From the IMG/VR virus record IMGVR_UViG_3300045988_179062: DNA of 64,000 nt; one strand, given 5' to 3'. Within the stretch, counting starts at the first letter, position 1; the number at the start of each line of letters is the position of its first letter. The notes under the pieces were generated by a model. The model was not told where the DNA came from and did not search any database. It saw only the letters and a program-made list of their open reading frames with translations. Shown in pieces: positions 58,311 to 64,000 of this stretch. Origin of the DNA: a virus. A program made the position numbers and the translations under genes.

Positions 58311-58628
58311 TTATCCCTCCTCTCTATAAATATCGTGCTCCAGCATGAAGCGTTCCAGACTCATGCGGTGCACCTTCTTGTGCCGACTGTTCCCTCCGGG
58401 TGCGATAAAAGGACAGTCGGGCTGATTCATCAACTCATTCAATCGGTTGATACCGATGCCGAACAGCTCGGACGCTTCCCGCTTCGTCAGAAACGGCTTG
58501 TACGACAGCGCTTGGATGTACGACGCATAATCTTCCATGGACATCTCAACCCCGCCAATCACATGGCGAGTCGTTGAGACGGCCGGCGTCTCACTCTGAC
58601 TCATCACAGGCTTGCTCATGATAATCAC
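58311..58628 (-). CDS. helix-turn-helix DNA-binding protein (excisionase/AlpA-like)
   Basis: The HTH is 'LTKREASELFGIGINRLNELM'. It sits immediately upstream of the primase and next to the iteron array. Confidence 0.5.
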   Translation of the reverse strand: MIIMSKPVMSQSETPAVSTTRHVIGGVEMSMEDYASYIQALSYKPFLTKREASELFGIGINRLNELMNQPDCPFIAPGGNSRHKKVHRMSLERFMLEHDIYREEG

Positions 58629-58753
58629 CCCTCCCTTTCTTCTTGCCTATATCACAGATATACACAGTATACCACAGTAACACATAAAAAGTCAATACCT
58701 CGCGCATCTATGCCTCGACAGCAAGGCATTCATCCCCACCCGGCGACCGTCTG

Positions 58754-59195
58754 ACTCACTTCGTTCTTACTCACTTACTCACTTGGGAAAAACAAGTGAG
58801 ACCCGCCGAAAACGCCGATTATCACGGGGAAGTACGCCAAAAAGAAGGCGCTTGTCTCACTTTCTTACTCACTTAATCTCACTAAAAAATTGGCAAGTGA
58901 GACGGTGTTTTCCCCCATTTTTCAGGGCTTTTAGGGTCGTTACTCACTTTACTCACATTTTTCCAAACCCTTATATATAGAAAGAAGTACAAAATTACTC
59001 GCCATAAATAGATTGAAAAATAGTGAGTAAAGTGAGTAAGAAAATAGCAAATTGCCCATGTTTACAGGGAAAACGGACAATTTCTTTAGCGTACTAAAGT
59101 GAGTAAGGATTTCGAAAAACGCCCATAAATGAGGCTTTCGCTTACTCACTAAAATTTGCTCAAGTGAGTAACAAGTGAGTAAGAACTGAGTAAGC
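58754..59195. repeat. iteron array: at least 14 copies of the 9-mer AGTGAGTAA/TTACTCACT in both orientations, with an AT-rich tract; putative replication origin
   Basis: Copies lie at ~58767, 58775, 58865, 58939, 58948, 59022, 59031, 59098, 59144, 59164, 59175 and 59185. Related GTCTCAC/GTGAGAC inverted repeats lie at 58854 and 58897. The AT-rich segment 59260-59300 lies between the array and the co-directional HTH-primase operon. Confidence 0.6.
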
Positions 59196-59491
59196 AACAC
59201 GGCATCACTAAAAATTTCCGCACTCGCACTCATTTTCCGCCGTACTCTATTGCATATCGAAAACAATCGTTATATAATAAAAGATTATTTTCAAAAACCT
59301 GCGTGATGACGCGACTAATACCGCGGGCACGCTCCGACCGGTCGTCTCACTTTGCTCACTTCCAACTGAGAGGCGCGACAGAGGTGCGACAAACACCACC
59401 CTCCCCTTTCTCGTACGTCATCCACTCAACCGACGGGGCAATCCCAAATGCAACCGAAATCGCTTTCGTGCGACACGCCCGAATAAAAATG

Positions 59492-59523
59492 ACGCCGTAG
59501 AATGCTCTCTACGGCGTTTTTCT
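59492..59523 (+). terminator. Rho-independent terminator
   Basis: A 10-bp stem, ACGCCGTAGA / TCTACGGCGT, is followed by TTTTTCT. Confidence 0.55.
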
Positions 59524-59604
59524 GACATTACATGGGTTCTTTATCGTCTGACCTATTAAAACGTCTTAAAACGGCTCTCAGAGCCTCATACGGTGTTTCC
59601 CTAT

Positions 59605-59655
59605 ACGCACGAAAAAGACCCGCCGAAGTTTTGCCTAATCGCAAAACCTCGAACG
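59605..59655 (-). terminator. terminator downstream of the T4CP gene (minus strand)
   Basis: A nested hairpin, AAGACCCG...CGGGTCTT with inner GTTTTGC/GCAAAAC, is followed on the minus strand by a T-run. Confidence 0.45.
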
Positions 59656-59690
59656 GGTCTTTTGCCATATCGAGACCGATTATCGTCCCA

Positions 59691-62600
59691 TTAGTCTCTC
59701 AGCAGACGAGCCATCTCGGTCTCGAAACGTCCGTTCGCAAACTTCCAACTCGATTGTGAAATCAGGAAGTCGAGGAACGCATCCGTTACCGTAAACGAAC
59801 CCATGCGCTCCACATCGTGAGCGTTGATATCCTGCTCCGAGTAAACGTTCGATGTCGGGTCATGAATCGCCTCGTTGATGCTGTTCAGCTCTTCGCTCTT
59901 AACGCCCATGACAATGTACGGAACGCCCGTCGCCGAATACAGCGAGCCGTTGCGCATCTCGAAGTTGATGCGGTCCTGCTCGAAATCACCCTTCACCTCA
60001 AGGAACGCGTTCGTAATCGTCTGGTCCAGACTGTGATTGTAACGACCGTTGTTCTTGAAATCGGCCGGCGACAAAGCGCCATCGGCATAGCATGCCGTAT
60101 GCATCGCATCGTATTCGGCCGCCTTCTCGGCGTTCACACGGGCCTGCTCCTCGTTCGGAACGGCACGCGCGGCAAACGATTCCTGCATCGCCATGTAATC
60201 ATCGTCAATCGGCGGAGAGTACATGTCGTCATCATCCGAACCCTTCAGCGTCTCGTTCAGAGAGGTGTTGATGACCTCCATGATTTCATCGGCGTACAGG
60301 TCGGGGTCGAGCTGTTCAATCTGATGCTCCGTGTAATCATACGTCGACTGGTATGCCTCACGGGCCATGTCGACAGCCAACGCCTGCGCGATGCGCTTGT
60401 CGAGCATCTTGTCGAAATCAGGCACGTTCTTGCGCACATCGAAGTCCTTCGCCGAGGACAGCGTCGGGATGGTCTGGAACGTGTACTTGTGACCCGGCTG
60501 CGTGATGGTCTCAGAGAACAGGCGCCAAGACATCGGCAGAATGGTCTCGTTGCGGTTCCAAATCGGCGAGTCACCGGCACGGAAGATGATGGAGTTACGC
60601 TCCGAAATAAACGCCATGTCGTTGTACTTGATAACCGGCTCTTCGACCGTCGTCATCGTGTACGACACCTTGCCCTCGTTACGCATCCAGACCTTCTCGG
60701 TATCACGCGTGATGGTCTTGGAGTTCGTGTAGGCACGATGCTGCGTACCGCTCATCTTCTGCAACGTATCCAACATGCTATCGTCAGTCGACTTCAAAAA
60801 GACGATGTTGGACGTGTTGCCCTGCACGATTTTATCGACGCTATCGCCGTAAACATCGCGCAACTGCTGAAGGGTCTGCAGAATCAGCGTGAACTGCTGC
60901 TCCTGACCGAGTCCGATGGAAAGCATCGTCTCAAAGCCGGAGATACCGTGACCCTCGGACTGCAGGTTACCCAACTCATCGAGCATGAAACGCGTCTTGT
61001 AGAGTGGCTTCTGATTGTCCTTCGTCATGTAGGACTGGTCGAAATTGAGGTCAACCAGCTGCTTGATGAGAATCAGAATCAGCTTCGCATACGACATCAG
61101 GTGCGGAGGCGTGACAAGGAACACCATCTTCTGCTTCTCGCTGTAACGCTGCATGTACTGCGTGATGGCACGGGCCTTCACCGTCTCCTTATGCGGCGTC
61201 GTGGCGATGTCCTTCATCTTCTCCGTCTTGTACGTCACATACCCGCGCTTGAACTCCGTAGCGCCCGTCTTCGGATTCTTCACGGGACGAAGCTCGGTCA
61301 GGATGCCATCATGGACAATCTTGTTGCCCAGAATCGGGTCCTTAACGTACGTACGGCCGTCCAGCGACGTCTGATACGTCTTCACGAACTTGAAGTAGAA
61401 CGTGCGCATCAGCTGGAACGTCTGCGGGTTGCGAATCTCACAGCGCAGATACGCCGTGTCCTTCGGGAAGATTCCCTTGAAATAGAATCGCGACCAACCA
61501 GCCGTGTTGACCAAGTCCTCATGATAGAAGTCCTTGCCCAGCGATTCCTTGAACAACGGGTCGGAGAACGCCTGCCAGATGCACTGCATACCCTTGAGGT
61601 GGTACAGCGCGATGAAATCGGCGCTCATACGGAAACCAAGACGACGCGGGAACGACAGACCAGCCAAGTCCACGTTCTGCATCGGCGTACCGCTGGTCAG
61701 CGTACGGATGGTCGGGTCCGTGAAGAACGACATGGCCGTGATGGCGATACCGTAGACGGAAGCCATCATCTTCTCGGCGCCACCCATGGAACGCAGGGCG
61801 TCATCGGCGTTGCCCAAAAGCGTACGCATCTGGTTACGCGGCAGGAGCTTCGTCGCGTTGAAGTACAGCGTCAGCAGGTCAATCTCGGGCTTCTCTTCCC
61901 ACAGATACTTGGACTGCTTCTCCACACGGGACAGCTCAGCCTCATACTGCTCGTCATTCATCTCAGCGATACGGGCTGCTTCCTCTGTCGCCGGGGTACG
62001 GCCCTCCGCCATGGCGGCATTGGCTTCCTTGGCTTCCTTCGTGAACGCAACAGCCGGGTTCGGGAGCTTCTTGGACGTCAACGTGACGAACAGCTCATAG
62101 CAGTTGTACAGCGTGACGTGACCCCACAGATTGTCGAGCTTGGTCTCCAGCGTCTTCTCGTCCATGTGCGTGCGCTGGGCAATCAGACGCAGTTCCTTCT
62201 CCTCTTCGAGGTAATAGTCGATAAGACCGTACGCAGCACGCTTGAACGCGTTGTTAGCGGCGTTCGGCCACACCGGGTCGTCACCGCCATCGACCGGGAA
62301 GAACACCTCGGCGATGTTGTTGACATACATGGCAACCTTGGTGAAGTCACCCTCGCGGGCTGCCGTCGCGGCCATCATCAACGGGTTGTAAATGTCCGTA
62401 TTCATCGAGTTAATCAGGTTGAACTGCACGACCTGAAAACCGCGATACGTACCGGGCACATAGAACTTCTTCAACAGCTCGCCCTTCGGGTCGTTGATGA
62501 CCATGTTGTTATTGTTCTTCTCACGGGTCCACATGTCAATGGTCGGCTCGATGATGGTCTGACCCTTACCTGCACGCGTGATAGCCAAAACCATCGTGTT

Positions 62601-63797
62601 GACCGGGTCGATGTCCACCAGATACGCACCGCCGGGACGCTGCGTCTCGTAATACGGAATCTCCCAGTCACCGTTAATCATGTCAGCGACCGTATCGTAA
62701 CCCTTCAGCTTGTCACGGTTGGCATTCTTCGGGTTGTACGGAATCTTGGTCGCATCGTAATACTTACGCAGCGACTTATCCTTCGGCAGACCGGACGCGT
62801 CGAACAGTGCCTCCATGAACTCCGTGTTGAACATCGGCACCGTCTTCGTCATCGGCTTGTCGTTATCGTCCAGAAGGATTTCACCCTTCAAATATTCGAC
62901 GTCGCCATCCTCATCGAGGATGTCCTTGTCGGCTCGCACCGAGATGGGAACCTTCTTGATGCCCTTGTTCTGCAGAGCCACATGCGAAATCATACTGGAC
63001 ACCTGCACCGAACAATGGGCACCTGCATCCGGGAACCAGTCGAACTTGCGCATAATCTCTTCCGGCAGGGCGATATGCTGGTCGTTCTGGTATTGGTTGA
63101 TATCCGTCGTGTCGTTCATCAGGTTCTGCGCGGCGAGATTGCGCATCATCAGCGGATACATGATGGCAAACACCAGAAGCGCACCAATCAGAGCACCTAC
63201 GAAGTCAGGCCAGTTGTACAGCGCCGGCGCAATCCAATACGTGAACGACTTCTGCTCTTTAGCAAGCTCCTCTGCCGCCTTCTGCTCAGCAATCTCCCTC
63301 TGTCCCTCTTCAGTGGACATCTTCTGCTCGTACTCGGCCTTGGAGACCGTGTACCACTCAGGCTCGGGGACATCCTCCATGTTGTCGTAGACCGGGCCAA
63401 ATGGCTTGCCGTTCGCATCCTTGGCCTGATACTTCGTACGCATGCCCGTCATCGGGTCGATATCGTCGATATCTTCGATGTAGTTGTACGGGTCATCAGG
63501 GTCGTACGTACCGACTTTAGAGTCACTGCTCCCGTCAGAGGTGACGATGGCGCTCGCGCCGTCGCCGCTCATTGCTGAGATACCGTTCATGCCCCAACGG
63601 ATGCCACCGACGACCATGTACATCAGAATACCGGCCAGAATCGCCACAATGACAGTAGCGATGATACGTGACAGCGAAGACTGCTTCTCTTCGATTTTGG
63701 AACGCTCAAGCTGTTGGTCGTCATACACGTCACGATACTTGGTCGTATCCTGAGGCTGGCGGTCCTTGATGATGTCCCAATTCGTCTTCTTCGCCAT
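59691..63797 (-). CDS. type IV secretion coupling protein (VirD4/TraG/TraD family) with a ~700-aa C-terminal extension
   Basis: Two N-terminal TM helices are predicted. The VirD4-type P-loop is 'VLAITRAGKGQTII' (compare 'APTRSGKGVG'), followed by 'DPKGELLKKF' (compare 'DIKGEN'). The Walker B is 'TRFMLDELGNL'. Also present are 'EQQFTLILQTLQQLRDVYGD' and 'SNIVFLKSTDDSMLDTLQKMSGT'. Confidence 0.7.
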   Translation of the reverse strand: MAKKTNWDIIKDRQPQDTTKYRDVYDDQQLERSKIEEKQSSLSRIIATVIVAILAGILMYMVVGGIRWGMNGISAMSGDGASAIVTSDGSSDSKVGTYDPDDPYNYIEDIDDIDPMTGMRTKYQAKDANGKPFGPVYDNMEDVPEPEWYTVSKAEYEQKMSTEEGQREIAEQKAAEELAKEQKSFTYWIAPALYNWPDFVGALIGALLVFAIMYPLMMRNLAAQNLMNDTTDINQYQNDQHIALPEEIMRKFDWFPDAGAHCSVQVSSMISHVALQNKGIKKVPISVRADKDILDEDGDVEYLKGEILLDDNDKPMTKTVPMFNTEFMEALFDASGLPKDKSLRKYYDATKIPYNPKNANRDKLKGYDTVADMINGDWEIPYYETQRPGGAYLVDIDPVNTMVLAITRAGKGQTIIEPTIDMWTREKNNNNMVINDPKGELLKKFYVPGTYRGFQVVQFNLINSMNTDIYNPLMMAATAAREGDFTKVAMYVNNIAEVFFPVDGGDDPVWPNAANNAFKRAAYGLIDYYLEEEKELRLIAQRTHMDEKTLETKLDNLWGHVTLYNCYELFVTLTSKKLPNPAVAFTKEAKEANAAMAEGRTPATEEAARIAEMNDEQYEAELSRVEKQSKYLWEEKPEIDLLTLYFNATKLLPRNQMRTLLGNADDALRSMGGAEKMMASVYGIAITAMSFFTDPTIRTLTSGTPMQNVDLAGLSFPRRLGFRMSADFIALYHLKGMQCIWQAFSDPLFKESLGKDFYHEDLVNTAGWSRFYFKGIFPKDTAYLRCEIRNPQTFQLMRTFYFKFVKTYQTSLDGRTYVKDPILGNKIVHDGILTELRPVKNPKTGATEFKRGYVTYKTEKMKDIATTPHKETVKARAITQYMQRYSEKQKMVFLVTPPHLMSYAKLILILIKQLVDLNFDQSYMTKDNQKPLYKTRFMLDELGNLQSEGHGISGFETMLSIGLGQEQQFTLILQTLQQLRDVYGDSVDKIVQGNTSNIVFLKSTDDSMLDTLQKMSGTQHRAYTNSKTITRDTEKVWMRNEGKVSYTMTTVEEPVIKYNDMAFISERNSIIFRAGDSPIWNRNETILPMSWRLFSETITQPGHKYTFQTIPTLSSAKDFDVRKNVPDFDKMLDKRIAQALAVDMAREAYQSTYDYTEHQIEQLDPDLYADEIMEVINTSLNETLKGSDDDDMYSPPIDDDYMAMQESFAARAVPNEEQARVNAEKAAEYDAMHTACYADGALSPADFKNNGRYNHSLDQTITNAFLEVKGDFEQDRINFEMRNGSLYSATGVPYIVMGVKSEELNSINEAIHDPTSNVYSEQDINAHDVERMGSFTVTDAFLDFLISQSSWKFANGRFETEMARLLRD

Positions 63798-63841
63798 AGG
63801 TTCCTATCACTCCTTCCTATCAAATCAATCGGTAGTTCCTA

Positions 63842-63884
63842 TATAAAAGGCGCACGGCATAGCATCATGCCATTACCGTGCGCC
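63842..63884 (-). terminator. Rho-independent terminator (minus strand)
   Basis: The stem is GGCGCACGG / CCGTGCGCC, followed on the minus strand by TTTTAT. Confidence 0.55.
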
Positions 63885-63913
63885 CGTAACCCACTCGATT
63901 ATTTCCGCGTGGC

Positions 63914-64000
63914 TTAGTTCTGAGCGGCAGCGCCGTCCGTCTGGGTCTCAGCCGGAGCCTGCTCCGTCGTCTGGCTGGACGCATCGGTCTTGGCGCTTGC
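63914..64000 (-). CDS. 3' end of an upstream minus-strand gene (partial; Ala/Thr/Gln-rich C-terminus)
   Basis: The minus-strand frame is open from the window edge to a TAA at 63916-63914 ('...ASAKTDASSQTTEQAPAETQTDGAAAQN*'), followed by a terminator. Confidence 0.3.
   Translation of the reverse strand, partial: ASAKTDASSQTTEQAPAETQTDGAAAQN

Noticed and set aside
58754-59195. Possible CRISPR array suggested by the many short repeats.
   Set aside because: The repeats are 9-mers in both orientations with irregular spacing and no uniform spacers. No cas genes are present. The array is better explained as iterons.
1-64000. Integrated prophage with structural genes.
   Set aside because: No portal, capsid, terminase, tail or lysis-cassette signatures were recognised in any frame. 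The LysM protein lacks an identifiable catalytic endolysin domain. The T4CP and the replication modules fit a conjugative plasmid/ICE better, though a phage-plasmid cannot be excluded from this window alone.

Overview
This is a GC-rich, gene-dense 64-kb segment that reads as part of a large mobile element of a high-GC Gram-positive host (Actinobacteria-like codon usage, GGAGG-type RBS before almost every gene). The content fits a conjugative megaplasmid/ICE or phage-plasmid-like element rather than chromosome. No capsid, tail or terminase genes are recognisable in the window. The mobile character rests on a VirD4/TraG-type coupling protein and on two replication modules.

Reading left to right:
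- 1..3118: an SNF2-family helicase C-terminal fragment, then a secreted low-complexity protein.
- 3598..4332: a calcineurin-like metallophosphoesterase.
- 4804..7959: an nrdD-nrdG anaerobic ribonucleotide reductase operon with a near-consensus promoter.
- 7993..9056 (minus strand): a small membrane protein and a LysM protein.
- 9330..10190: an SSB-like (DUF2815-type) protein flanked by (GACTAA)n microrepeats.
- 11234..12223: an archaeo-eukaryotic Prim-Pol.
- 13479..16534: a membrane CxxC thioredoxin-like protein, an acidic protein, a guanylate-kinase-like P-loop protein and (minus strand) a YdjM-like membrane hydrolase.
- 16952..19862: a CobS-like AAA_5 ATPase with a CobT-like VWA partner.
- 20037..28167: a truncated ClpA/B-like double-AAA+ ATPase, a UvrD-like helicase with an unknown N-terminal domain, a MazF/EndoA-like endoribonuclease with a C-terminal extension and no cognate antitoxin, a ParB/Srx-like protein, and RarA/MgsA.
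- 29392..34111: dUTPase, a zinc-ribbon/coiled-coil protein, and an SPFH/flotillin-like protein with a coiled-coil membrane partner.
- 34390..37347: two HNH endonucleases and an AIM24-family protein.
- 38205..44476: a RecD2-like helicase, four hypothetical genes and two HU paralogues.
- 44704..54923 (minus strand): a six-gene operon ending in a ~1900-aa protein that carries both the beta-type ('GDKxxxxxGNKGV') and beta-prime-type ('NADFDGD'-like 'SFDGDFDGDTVAV') double-psi beta-barrel signatures. This is a candidate single-chain fused beta/beta-prime RNA polymerase and is the most notable feature of the window.
- 55070..55217: a tRNA-like locus.
- 56470..59195: a P4/D5-type primase-helicase plus HTH gene next to an iteron array, a probable origin.
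- 59691..63797: a 1368-aa VirD4/TraG-like type IV coupling protein.

Numerous strong Rho-independent terminators separate the transcription units. Many long ORFs on the opposite strand of real genes are GC-driven shadow ORFs and were rejected.
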